A stretch of DNA of 63,584 nt, filler included, from Phoronis australis (taxonomy: Eukaryota > Animalia > Phoronida): assembly GCA_002633005.1 (NCBI GenBank). It is 8 parts of 8 records of this genome, joined end to end, with 100 filler letters (N's around TTAATTAATTAA, not from the genome) between each part and the next. Parts side by side here need not be neighbours in the genome. Positions count along the whole stretch, not along the records: positions 11,646 to 22,456 come from NMRA01000823.1; positions 22,557 to 37,332 come from NMRA01000336.1; 6 more parts are not named here. One strand, 5' to 3'. Below the pieces are notes generated by a model. The model was not told the DNA's origin, made no database searches, and saw only the letters and a program-made list of their open reading frames with translations. Numbering within the stretch: the stretch's first letter is position 1; every line of letters begins with the position of its first letter. This document shows positions 12,394 through 24,361 of this stretch, one piece after another. The position numbers and the translations under genes are program-made.

Positions 12394-15300
12394 TTTCAAG
12401 CGATTATTTAGCGAAAATCTACCTGCCTTACTACTTCTGCTGCAAAATCACCCGACTGTGCTCATTATTATTGTGTTCAGGATTCCTGTTGTGTAGTTGT
12501 AATTACCTTGTTGTGCATAATCTTTCACTTTGAGCGTCATTTTTGGATCGTTTGTTTTAATAGTGTTAAAGGGCTAGAATAATTCTTTTGTTACCTTGGT
12601 AACTACTTATAAGTTATTTTTCCCTTAGTATTCCTGCGTAATAGTTGATTCTAATATAAGTTTTAGACTTTCCGACATCAGGTCAGCTTTGAACAATCAG
12701 GGTAGAATGAGGGTGAGTTCTTGGAACATTATTTTCTCAAATGATATCTTGTGTAGGCCTAGCTGTTACTACATGTCCATTCAGGATAGAGTTTTGTAAC
12801 GTCACTAGTCATTTTCTTAAAAAGCAAGACTTCGCTGTGCACTTCTAATGAGATTGCGTTATTTTGATTACGATTTGCTTGCTGCAAGAGTTGTACTGTC
12901 ATGCAAATTAACCAAGAATCATGTGAATAAGATTCTGTTGATCATGTTCACTTCAGTGGAGTTCCTGATCACCGCTTTGCATAAAGTCATTGATCGGAGT
13001 GTTACTTGTCATGGAGAAAAAGTCACCAGCCTCCGAATGGACCCTGTTTCTTATTTGAAAATCCAAATCTACACAAGGTCATGATGAGGTGGGACTCAAC
13101 TGTAAATTCCTCAAAGTAGTTACTGAGACTAGTTAAAGCAGGTTTTAGGGAACAATGTGCAGTATGGAGGGCACTTGTCTTTATTATGCTAATTGTCATT
13201 TATCTTCATTTATACTTATTCTTAGGTTAAGGTGATCACGGATAGCATTTACAAGTATATTGAGAGCAGCCGCAACATCAGCATCGACTTGCAAGTACAT
13301 GTACACAGTGGAAGATGTGTTAGTTTTTGCTCAGATGGTGAGTTTGATATAACAACAAAATCAAAACTTCATTTTTCTATAGTATGACAAAAATGAAAAT
13401 CACGTTTGGAATGAAAATTGTATTTGTTCTTTTACGGTTATAATTAACATTTATTTTTTACTAATTACCTCACCATAGTTCCACCTTATTTCTGAAATGT
13501 TTATCAATCCGATCACCGTGTGTGATTACTATTGTTGAATATGTCGTTGCATGTGAATAATATTAACATTGTTGTTGAGTTTATTATTTTCATGTTTCAT
13601 TACTTTTTTGCAACAGGCTGTTGTATGAATATTATAAGTGTTATTTCTATTTTAATAACATGTTATTATCTTAACCCTTGTTATTGCCATTTTATCAATA
13701 TTATTGAAGTAAAAACCACGTGACACTTGAGTTATTTAAAAATGATTTCTTTTCCATTGTTGCAGAGACTGACTTTAAATAAAAACCAAAATAGGGACAA
13801 TTTGTACTGAGAATGTTGACTAAATGTTGCAAAATAAATTTTGACCGAAATTACTTTGCCGGGCTCGGACCTGCAGCCGATGACCCCGACGGTGCAGCCG
13901 ATCGAGACCACTCGCACTGACAAAAGACGAAGGCACGCCGTCCCCGGCTGTTTTATCGGAATAAATGGTTCAAATCCTGAATGCCGTATACATACAAATA
14001 TAGTTTCCGACACTCGCGGACTAGTAGCAGTCCTGCGCCAACGGTTGAATAACAACTGGGGCAGACTAGCTGTCATGGCCGTCTAGGCGCTAAGCGTGTT
14101 TTACTGGGTTTCATTAACTCTGGTAAACAAACAGTATAAAAAGAACAACCAACATGCAACATCAAATTATTGAATAAATTGCTATGCGGTTAGAATATCT
14201 GACATGCGCTCACAGTACATTCGGCACGAAGGTGGATACTGAGATTAAAATGTACTGATCGTACGTCAGACGTCACGTGGTTTCTATAGTTTGGGTAAGT
14301 GACAAGATGACACAAGTTTAATGAACGAGGTCGCTACATTGTATTTTAGCACACAAATGAAAAAGGACAGTGAGATGGCAGTCTTTACGAAAATAAGACT
14401 GTGATACATGTGAACTTGAATTATTACTTGTTAATCTGTTATCAAGAAAAAAGAAATGGACACATTTACACTGGAAGAACATGGGCGACAATACACATGG
14501 CGTATACATGCACATCTATCATTTACGTACCAGAGCATGGTGATGACGTCGTATAAGTGTGGTTATGTTCGGGGAGCGAGGACCTGGACACAAAATCTAC
14601 TAAATCATCGAGCGAAGCGGAATTTATCGGCTCAGCGTTTTCCTCGAAGCACGTGCCAGTAGCAATTTGAGTGGCCAGGCATCGATCGCTGCAATGACTG
14701 GGTCGGTCATGGTCCAACAGAACTTGCCTGGTTCGCATTCGAACCACGTGAAATACGCATTCCCACTGTGTCCAAGGTTGATAGCACTCCTCGCCACACA
14801 CTACNNNNNNNNNNNNNNNNNNNNNNNNNNNNNNNNNNNNNNNNNNNNNNNNNNNNNNNNNNNNNNNNNNNNNNNNNNNNNNNNNNNNNNNNNNNNNNNN
14901 NNNNNNNNNNNNNNNNNNNNNNNNNNNNNNNNNNNNNNNNNNNNNNNNNNNNNNNNNNNNNNNNNNNNNNNNNNNNNNNNNNNNNNNNNNNNNNNNNNNN
15001 NNNNNNNNNNNNNNNNNNNNNNNNNNNNNNNNNNNNNNNNNNNNNNNNNNNNNNNNNNNNNNNNNNNNNNNNNNNNNNNNNNNNNNNNNNNNNNNNNNNN
15101 NNNNNNNNNNNNNNNNNNNNNNNNNNNNNNNNNNNNNNNNNNNNNNNNNNNNNNNNNNNNNNNNNNNNNNNNNNNNNNNNNNNNNNNNNNNNNNNNNNNN
15201 NNNNNNNNNNNNNNNNNNNNNNNNNNNNNNNNNNNNNNNNNNNNNNNNNNNNNNNNNNNNNNNNNNNNNNNNNNNNNNNNNNNNNNNNNNNNNNNNNNNN

Positions 15301-15812
15301 NNNNNNNNNNNNNNNNNNNNNNNNNNNNNNNNNNNNNNNNNNNNNNNNNNNNNNNNNNNNNNNNNNNNNNNNNNNNNNNNNNNNNNNNNNNNNNNNNNNN
15401 NNNNNNNNNNNNNNNNNNNNNNNNNNNNNNNNNNNNNNNNNNNNNNNNNNNNNNNNNNNNNNNNNNNNNNNNNNNNNNNNNNNNNNNNNNNNNNNNNNNN
15501 NNNNNNNNNNNNNNNNTCTCAGATAGGGCATTGACAGAAGCTCCAGTGCTGTCGGGACGTTACCAAACTTCGAGGTACATTACACTTGTGAACTCCAGGT
15601 GGACAACTACTTCGACCTCCAGGTACATAACCCTTACTACAAGACTGTAATCCCATGCATGTAGTAGTCAAAGATTGAATGGATTACTAAGTTAATTCAC
15701 TACCTGCCTATTAAACAAAAATTTACAATTGCAAGCCCTGACTTAGTGAATTAGTATGCAAAAAACATAACGCAGTCCCTGGGACATGAATTACTGAATC
15801 TGTATTCTTTAG

Positions 15813-16719
15813 CATGCATAACGAGACGAGAAGACGGGACATACGACCAGTGAAAGAGGGTGGAAAGGTGCGGAGAAAGGGTGTGAGGAGAAGGGTCTCA
15901 AAGGGAGATTTTGATGGGCAGCTAGCATCACCCGACGATGTTCTTATTATTATGCGCGATGGACGATGGATTGGGGTGAGTGTCAGTCATTCAGAAATTA
16001 GGTGGTTGCTTGTTTTACTGAGAGTAAAACATGTTCAGTCATACATTTTGTTGCAAATATTTTAAGCTTCTGTTACACGGTTAACACTAAAATGATACAG
16101 AATTCATAATTATGTACCAATGCTCATTGTTTAACCTTTTGCTTCATATGGTGTATTTTTCAGAATGAAGCAGCATGTCAAGAAGCCATGGAACCAGCTC
16201 AACTAGGAGGACAAGGACGTAGTGTGAAGCCGACTTTCTCCAAACAAGTGACAGCGAAGAAGAAGCCATACATTGACAGACCATCATGCCATATCTGCAG
16301 GGAACTCCACGGAAATGATCTTACAGCAATTGTTGCTCACATGAAGCTAACTCATTACGTAAACCTTACTTCAATACATTGCTTTGTTGCTGCATTACAC
16401 TATGTTCTGACTGGAATTTAACTACTTGGGTTTTAAGGTTATGTAGGACCTTATTAAAAAATCTATATATTTATTAACATATCTACTATCTAGATTATTA
16501 GAATTATGACTATATCAAGTGGGTCAAAAATTCAAAACTTTAGCTTTAATTTTTACAAAAATATTTCTTGGTCAATGGATATCCGTGAGTTGTTAATTGA
16601 CATGCAGTCAAGGTAAAACACTTTTTTGTAGAAAGATGATGTGTGCGAAGACCAGACCGAGTGGCTAGCTGCAATGTCATGCATGTCATGGCCTGTTGCT
16701 ACAGATAGTCGAGTTGTTG
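15813..16719 (+). CDS. Spliced gene fragment with one C2H2-type zinc finger (exons 15813-15975, 16164-16358, 16632-16719)
   Basis: Three AG/GT-bounded, phase-compatible open exons. Exon 2 encodes CHICRELHGNDLTAIVAHMKLTH. Confidence 0.65.
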
Positions 16720-16898
16720 GTGAGTTGAATACCACCGATGCATATGTACAACTTATCCCTATTACGCAAGACAAATCTTTCAATCCGGTTTTCTTTTTTG
16801 ACTTTTCAAGTGATTGATCTTTCATTTACATCCACGTGTGTGTGTGGCAGTTCGTGTATTTGTGCATGCTTTGTGCTGTTATCCTCACCCGCTCAGTG

Positions 16899-18234
16899 AC
16901 TACGAATCTGTTCTATTTTTTCAAAGGGGTAATGAACAGTTAGAGAGAAATTACCACATTGTTTTGGCAACCGATGATAGTTTAACTTGCCTGCAAAAAT
17001 ATGGATCGGTTGTCTGTGGCTTTGATGTCAAACATGATTTGAATGCTGCTCGCTACAAAACGGCTATATTGACATACTGTGATTCAAACAGAAAAGGGCG
17101 TATTGGGGCAATATCTATATGCAATGTAGAAAACGAAGATTCGATATTACTAACTTTTGAAATAATAGCTGCAAATGTTCCATGTTCAAGTACTGCATGC
17201 TCTCATCCTAAACAATTACACACGTTTGATGATGGTAATGGGTTTTTTTGGACTCGTCAGTGTGCTTTGGATCACATTTTCAAACCATGGATAGAGCATG
17301 ACAAAGCAATGGCAATCTGCAATGCAGTCCATGGATTCGGTTCACATTCAACATTATGCAACTTCCACGCATTAACAGCATACCGTACATACATAAAAGA
17401 AGACAACATTTTAGTAATGTTCATGTGGCCACTTGAAATTGGATTTAAAACAATAATGAGATCTTGGTGTAGGAATGTTCATGATCTGTTGTGTGGCAAG
17501 TTTAAAGAGTTTATTTCTAGTTTTATTCCGGAAGCATTAATTCCAGTAAATGTGAAGCAGAAATTTCTTAAATATTTGGATAATCAGTGGTTTCAGTGCA
17601 AATGGACAAGTACTTACACATCAGCTGTGCTATATAATATTCCTGACGAACATAAACGAAACCCCTTAATGCTTACAGATAATATTACTGAAAACAAGTT
17701 CAAAGAAATCCAGGCAAATGACTTCCAAAACCGAGTTAACAGGAAAATGTGCCACTTAGTAGACAAACTGATGAACTGTGTTCTTATTCGTGAATCGTTC
17801 CACACAATGCACTCTCATCAAGAAAAGTTACAGGTTTCAAGGCAAACATTTATCAAAAAATCTATCGACCAAAGCCTCACTATTTCAAATGTAACGAATT
17901 TATCTCATGGTTGGTATTTAGTAGCTCCCACTTCTGGGTCGACATCGTCACAACTCCCAGATAAAATTTACACTTGTGACATGTCAGATGAGGAATTGGC
18001 TACTATACTTGATGATGTGGAACTGTCTTCTGAGCAAAATTCTCAGATATTTTCTGACATTGATGCGATTGTTTCACAAACTAATGTACAAGAACATGGG
18101 TACACAGCAGAAGCAGCAGTCAAACGAACAAACAAGGATCTAATTGGAGCATTTTTGCGAATGAATCATGACGTTACCAAAGCATGTCTCCCAGAAGGTT
18201 GTCAGAATTTAGTGGGTTCAGAACACATATGTAA
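16899..18234 (+). mobile_element. MULE/Mutator-type DDE transposase, copy 1 (5'-truncated, open frame up to the gap)
   Basis: GFDVKHDLN (first D), EHDKAMAICNAV (second D), LCNFH (CxxH), KYLDNQW, LTDNITENKF (E). Confidence 0.8.
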
Positions 18235-18714
18235 NNNNNNNNNNNNNNNNNNNNNNNNNNNNNNNNNNNNNNNNNNNNNNNNNNNNNNNNNNNNNNNNNN
18301 NNNNNNNNNNNNNNNNNNNNNNNNNNNNNNNNNNNNNNNNNNNNNNNNNNNNNNNNNNNNNNNNNNNNNNNNNNNNNNNNNNNNNNNNNNNNNNNNNNNN
18401 NNNNNNNNNNNNNNNNNNNNNNNNNNNNNNNNNNNNNNNNNNNNNNNNNNNNNNNNNNNNNNNNNNNNNNNNNNNNNNNNNNNNNNNNNNNNNNNNNNNN
18501 NNNNNNNNNNNNNNNNNNNNNNNNNNNNNNNNNNNNNNNNNNNNNNNNNNNNNNNNNNNNNNNNNNNNNNNNNNNNNNNNNNNNNNNNNNNNNNNNNNNN
18601 NNNNNNNNNNNNNNNNNNNNNNNNNNNNNNNNNNNNNNNNNNNNNNNNNNNNNNNNNNNNNNNNNNNNNNNNNNNNNNNNNNNNNNNNNNNNNNNNNNNN
18701 NNNNNNNNNNNNNN

Positions 18715-19200
18715 TTCCCAAACCAATGAAAACTTTGAAATAAAACATTATTCTGATTGCACCACCAACAATATTATTTACCTTATAACTTGTAAAAAAT
18801 GTTCTATCCAATACGTAGGACAAACTCAACATAATCTACAAACTCGGTTTCGTAATCATAGATTTAACATAATACATAAAAACATTTCTGATACTGTAGG
18901 TAATCATTTCAATTCCAAAAACCATAATATTCAAGATCTTTCTGTACAAATAATAGAAAAACTCCAACACCCCAGTACCCCTCACAGACTTAAAAGAGAA
19001 CAATATTGGATAGACAAACTGAATACAATAGAACCTCATGGATTGAACATAAAAACTTCTTAAAATATGTCATTGAATTTTTTACGCAAAAATTATCATT
19101 TTCATTACACCATATCTTATATGTCAATTGTCATTTTGTGTTTGATTTTACTTTATTTCTGTTTTTGTTGATAAAGGAAGTTGTTACCTCCGAAAATTTC
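18715..19200 (+). mobile_element. Penelope-like element 3' end: GIY-YIG endonuclease C-terminus and T-rich tail
   Basis: CTTNNIIYLITCKKCSIQYVGQT..RFRNHR..VGNHFN..REQYWIDKLNTIEPHGLN* with stop at 19063. Hammerhead-like ttgataaaggaag..cctccgaaa at 19168-19195. Confidence 0.9.
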
Positions 19201-21196
19201 AAATTTCAACATGCACATCAAACACAAACGAATGTAGAAGCAGGTGTGGTGAACTTCTTCGTGACATCTGACAGAACATAACGGATGATAAATGTCCCAG
19301 CTGTCACACTGATTTAAGCACTAACAAAGTGTGTGGGAACTGCAATAGAAAACATTCTAGCCAGTGGTACAATGGAGACAAACTGAGATGTAGAACACGT
19401 TATGAGTACAAAAGAATACATAAAGTTGACAGTGTAACCAATCCTTCCCATACCACCCCTAATGCTGTACATCATGAACATCTCAAATGCAATTGGAAGA
19501 TGAAACTAGTACTGAACACATCCAATTTAGAAATGTATGATATTTATGCAAGTTCTGCTAACAGCTATTTCCACACTAGTAATCCTACTTCTGTCTATAC
19601 CAAACCAAAACTTACAGCAAGAACTATGTGGGACAGAATGCGGGCAGAAAGTAAACTATCAGCACATACGATACAGTCAACATATATGAGAGCAAATCCA
19701 GTAGACTTTGGGGGTGCGGAAATGGAATACTTTTCTTTGGGTCAGATTTCTAAGAGAGTAAAAGTTGCTGACAGTCATCAGATTAATCAACTCATTTCCA
19801 ACAGAGATGTAATTGAAATTAGGTCAGATTGGCGGGATACAGAAAAGGTTTTGGAAAGCAACTACGAATCTGTTCTATTTTTTCAAAGGGGTAATGAACA
19901 GTTAGAGAGAAATTACCACATTGTTTTGGCAACCGATGATAGTTTAACTTGCCTGCGAAAATATGGATCGGTTGTCTGTGGCTTTGATGTCAAACATGAT
20001 TTGAATGCTGCTCGCTACAAAACGGCTATATTGACATACTGTGATTCAAACAGAAAAGGGCGTATTGGGGCAATATCTATATGCAATGTAGAAAACGAAG
20101 ATTCCATATTACTAACTTTTGAAATAATAGCTGCAAATGTTCCATGTTCAAGTACTGCATGCTCTCATCTTAAACAATTACACACGTTTGATGATGGTAA
20201 TGGGTTTTTTGGACTTGTCAGTGTGCTTTGGATCATATTTTCAAACCATGGATAGAGCATGACAAAGCAATGGCAATCTGCAATGCAGTCCATGGATTCG
20301 GTTCACATTCATCATTTTGCAACTTCCACGCATTAACAGCATACCGTACAAACATAAAGGAAGACAACATTTTAGTAATGTTCATGTGGCCACTTGAAAT
20401 TGGATTCAAAACAATAATGAGATCTTGGTGTAGGAATGTTCATGATCAGTTGTGTGGCAAGTTTAAAGAATTTATTTCTAGTTTTATTCCCCGAAGCATT
20501 AATTCCAGTAAATGTGAAGCAGAAATTTCTTAAATATTTGGATAATCAGTGGTTTCAGTGCAAATGGACAAGTACTTACACATCAGCTGTGCTATATCAT
20601 ATTCCTGACGAATATAAACGAAACCCCTTAATGCTTACAGATAATATTACTGAAAACAAGTTCAAAGAAATCCAGGCAAATGACTTCCAAAACCGAGTTA
20701 ACAGGAAAATGTGCCACTTAGTAGACAAACTGATGAACTGTGTTCTTATTCGTGAATCGTTCCACACAATGCACTCTCATCAAGAAAAGTTACAGGTTTC
20801 AAGGCAAACATTTATCAAAAAATCTATCGACCAAAGCCTCACTATTTCAAATGTAACGAATTTATCTCATGGTTGGTATTTAGTATCTCCCACTTCTGGG
20901 TCGACATCGTCACAACTCCCAGATAAAATTTACACTTGTGACATGTCAGATGAGGAATTGGCTACTATACTTGATGATGTGGAACTGTCTTCTGAGCAAA
21001 ATTCTCAGATATTTTCTGACATTGATGCGATTGTTTCACAAACTAATGTACAAGAACATGGGTACACAGCAGAAGCAGCAGTCAAACGAACAAACAAGGA
21101 TCTAATTGGAGCATTTTTGCGAATGAATCATGACGTTACCAAAGCATGTCTCCCAGAAGGTTGTCAGAATTTAGTGGGTTCAGAACACATATGTAA
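19200..21196 (+). pseudogene. MULE-type transposase, copy 2, with N-terminal Cys-rich / GATA-like finger and two compensating frameshifts
   Basis: 19861-21196 is near-identical to 16899-18234, with a 1-nt loss near 20205 and a 1-nt gain near 20490. The N-terminus reads KCPSCH..VCGNCNRKHSSQWYNGDKLRCRTRYEYKRIHK. Confidence 0.8.
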
Positions 21197-21906
21197 NNNN
21201 NNNNNNNNNNNNNNNNNNNNNNNNNNNNNNNNNNNNNNNNNNNNNNNNNNNNNNNNNNNNNGCCGCGTGCTTGAAGCACATACATGCACAATAAACACAT
21301 ATTATGTGGCCGATTTAACCGGTGTGTTATTCATACTGTATAAGGACACTATCGTAAACAAAAGTCATCGACAGTAGAAAGATGTATTCCGAAAAGGCTC
21401 AATATTACAATTTCTAGGCTTCACATTTCCTGAACATAATTTTAAGCACCGATTTGTCTGTACAACAGACCACATTTACACTTCAGTCCATCAGTCATGC
21501 CAGTTTGTTTGCGCAAAGCGCTGCCTGTTGAGAATTCGACTAGCCAATCAGAAACGCCGGTGTAAAAAAATTTACAGAGGAAATTTAAGTGATACCTGCG
21601 TGCTGGCGCGGCTACCGCCCCATCTAGCGGCACGCAGGGAACCAGCGAGAAGTAAACACTGACGGTTGACAGTTGTCGCAAACAAACAAATCTTCAAAGT
21701 TTTGCGTGTGGCAAATCATTATAGAAAGTTCCCATGATTAAACTTGCATATTTCTACGGAATTAGACTTTTCTAACTTGCATTGCGCGCAATTGAGGTCA
21801 GGAAAATTACTCTACTCTCTAATCATGTGACCAATGTTTACTTCCGCAAGTTGACCTGTCTGCTGGCAGGAACACTAAACTTTCCTTGGCCATAGTCTGG
21901 TACAAC

Positions 21907-22270
21907 CACAGGCTTCCTCAGCTTCTGATCGTCCCCAATACACAGTGTATTGGGGACGATCAGTGTCACTGTGTAATATACTGCAATGTATGACACTCCG
22001 GACTAGAAATTCCACGGGTGCGTCACTTCAGCCGTCCATAGCAAACACAAAACTATAAATTTATGAAACAGGGGTAGTAAACCAGAGTGCTCCGACCACC
22101 GAGTTCGCAACAAATTCGCGGTCAAAGTACAAAAAATCTTCTAAAAAAATCAGCAGCACAGGCGTCCTCAGCTTCTCATCGTGCACAATACAGTATATAA
22201 ATAGCATTGTATACAAAGTAGGCCCTATTAATTGCCGGGACGATCAAAAGCTCAGTGAGGACGCCTAGTG
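21907..22270. repeat. Two related hairpin mini-elements, with a perfect 19-bp-arm palindrome at 21925-21963
   Basis: ctgatcgtccccaatacac-a-gtgtattggggacgatcag. A related copy cacaggcgtcctcagcttctcatcgt...gggacgatcaaaagctcagtgaggacgcctagtg lies at ~22157-22270. Confidence 0.8.
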
Positions 22271-22556
22271 ACGGCTCAGCAGTACATCAAAAATAAAGTA
22301 TCGAAATGGGACTTCGACTGTCAAAAGGTTATCATTAACAAAAGTTACACGCCAGCCTGTATCGTTCTTTTGCAAGACATCTCACGGTGCGCAGCCTCAT
22401 GGAAGAGACAGTCCTCATGAGCGGATCGGCAGGATTTTGACTGAGTTAGGGGGGCCNNNNNNNNNNNNNNNNNNNNNNNNNNNNNNNNNNNNNNNNNNNN
22501 TTAATTAATTAANNNNNNNNNNNNNNNNNNNNNNNNNNNNNNNNNNNNNNNNNNNN

Positions 22557-23082
22557 CGTCCCGGAGCCCGTCCACAAAAAACCCAATTAATTGTTCTTGT
22601 AAAACGTCTAATGCCGCCTGATCGTCAAACGCTTCCCGCGCCGCCGACAACAGTCGCTCGCCATACATTTGCACACTTTCGTTTGGTCGTTGCTTAATTG
22701 ATTTTAATCGACCAAATGCCAGACTTTTGTCAGTGATAGGGGCAAAGCGCAACTTAAGTTCTGCTTTAAACTGCTCATACGTGCATTGTGGGTGGTCTGC
22801 CATATAACGTTTAATGAATGCCGAAACTTCTCCCCCTGATCTTTGATATGCAATTAAGATTTGTTTCCTGGGATCCATATTGGGAAAAATTACAGCCATT
22901 TTTTCTATCTCGCTCACCCAGGCTCGAAACCCATGAACATCTCCTGAGAAAACGGGGATATTTGACGCCAGTGACGTTTCGCTCATGGAATTCATAGCAT
23001 CGGTAACATCTTTGGTGAAATTACCAGCAAGTCCCGTTAAAAACTCGGCTAAATCTACAGTAGCTTGTTGCTGCTGTGCCAT
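22557..23082 (-). mobile_element. Ty3/gypsy gag N-terminal part, cut by gap pad
   Basis: IPVFSGDVHGFRAWV..YEQFKAELKLRF..LKSIKQRPNESVQMYGERL..FFVDGLRD, typical of retrotransposon gag/capsid. Confidence 0.85.
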
Positions 23083-23423
23083 ACTGCTCAGTGATCAGAT
23101 TATGCTAACTTCTTAACTATTCAGATATTTCGTCTCGTTCACGAGAAAGTCAGTCTCAAAACCCAAACACCGGGTACTTAAATCCGGCCGCAAGGCACCA
23201 AAAAGGACTCGTGTGGTGTAATGAATCGTGTTGCGGCCGACAGATGGCGCGCACGTGGTAGTAATTAGAACAACACACAAATACCTCAACCAATAAAATA
23301 CGTCTATTAATTTGCAGCGTTGTGATTAACAAACAATAGTTTACAATAAGATGCGAGACTGACGACAAACTGAATGAGAAGAGATATCACTGCTAGAGAA
23401 AGTACTAAATAACAATGTCACCA

Positions 23424-24361
23424 GTTACCAATAGCAACCGCACATGTAAACACACTACAAGTCGCAAAAAGAACTTACCCTCTAGAACAATCGCTAGACT
23501 GGTTCGAATTGACTAACAGGCTGAGACCAACACCTGTGTTAAATGTCTATACCTCGGTTGTGCTTGATTCGTGGTTTTTCCCGTCCGGTCCTGTGTCCCT
23601 GCCGTTCACTGTCTAGCTGAGATCGGGACTTTGCAGTTTTTGAAGACTTCAGTCGTCTTGTTCGGTGCGGTCTAACTGATCTGCCTCTGTTAGTGTCTTA
23701 AATAATACCTTTGGAGCCATCACGTGATGGTCCCACCTCTTTTAGTTCTCGGTAGTGCTTGACTCGTGGGTTTTCCCGTCCGGTCCTGTGTCGCAGTTTT
23801 TGAAGACTTCAGTCGTCTTGTTCAATGCAGTCTGCTCGGTCTGCTTCTGTTAGTGCCTTAAGTAGCACCTTTGGAGCCATCACGTGATGGTCCCACCTCT
23901 TTTAGTACATTTCTCTTATGACCAGCTAATTAACTGTCCTATAGAAAATTCTTGCATAACCGCCACTCCTCTCAGATTTTGCTACACCAGGGGTGTGCCT
24001 ATCCTCCGAGGGATCTCTATTCAACTGTCACTCTAGCGACGTGGAATCTCAGTTGGTGATTAACTATCTTATAGAAAATTCTTGCATAACCGTCACCCCT
24101 CTCAGATTTGCTACACCAGGGGTGTGCCTATCCTCCGAGGGATCGCTATTTAACTGTCACTCTAGAGATGTGGAAGCTCAGTTGGCGTCCAGCCATCCTA
24201 TAGAAAATTCTTGCATAACTGCTACCCCTCTCGGACTTGCTGCCCCAGGGGCGTGCCCATCCTCCAAGGAATCTCAACTATTGCAGAGGTATGCACATCC
24301 CCTGGGAATATTTTAAGACATGTTTGCATGCACGTGGAAAGCAGTGCTTCATTATATTACA
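23424..24361 (-). mobile_element. Probable 5' LTR of the gag element, with internal tandem duplications
   Basis: Minus-strand start TGTAATATAATG at 24361. The same ~70-bp end recurs at ~25621-25693. PBS-like tggtgac near 23417-23423. Internal repeats at ~23560-23905 and a ~130-bp unit at ~23935-24290. The inner boundary is approximate. Confidence 0.55.

Noticed and set aside
14527-14804. Possible minus-strand exon (CGEECYQPW...) with donor gtacgt
   Set aside because: It is cut by a gap, and no partner exon or family was recognised.
14667-15650. Long ORFs across N runs (also 18202-18832 and 39050-39530)
   Set aside because: They consist mostly of X residues.
16719-16899. Splicing of the C2H2 exons onto the transposase
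   Set aside because: The donor is phase 1, but the nearby cag acceptor at ~16896 requires phase 2.
16814-19063. 749-aa ORF suggesting a MULE transposase-GIY-YIG fusion
   Set aside because: The frame runs through ~480 Ns. The GIY-YIG part is a Penelope 3' end, so the fusion is unsupported.
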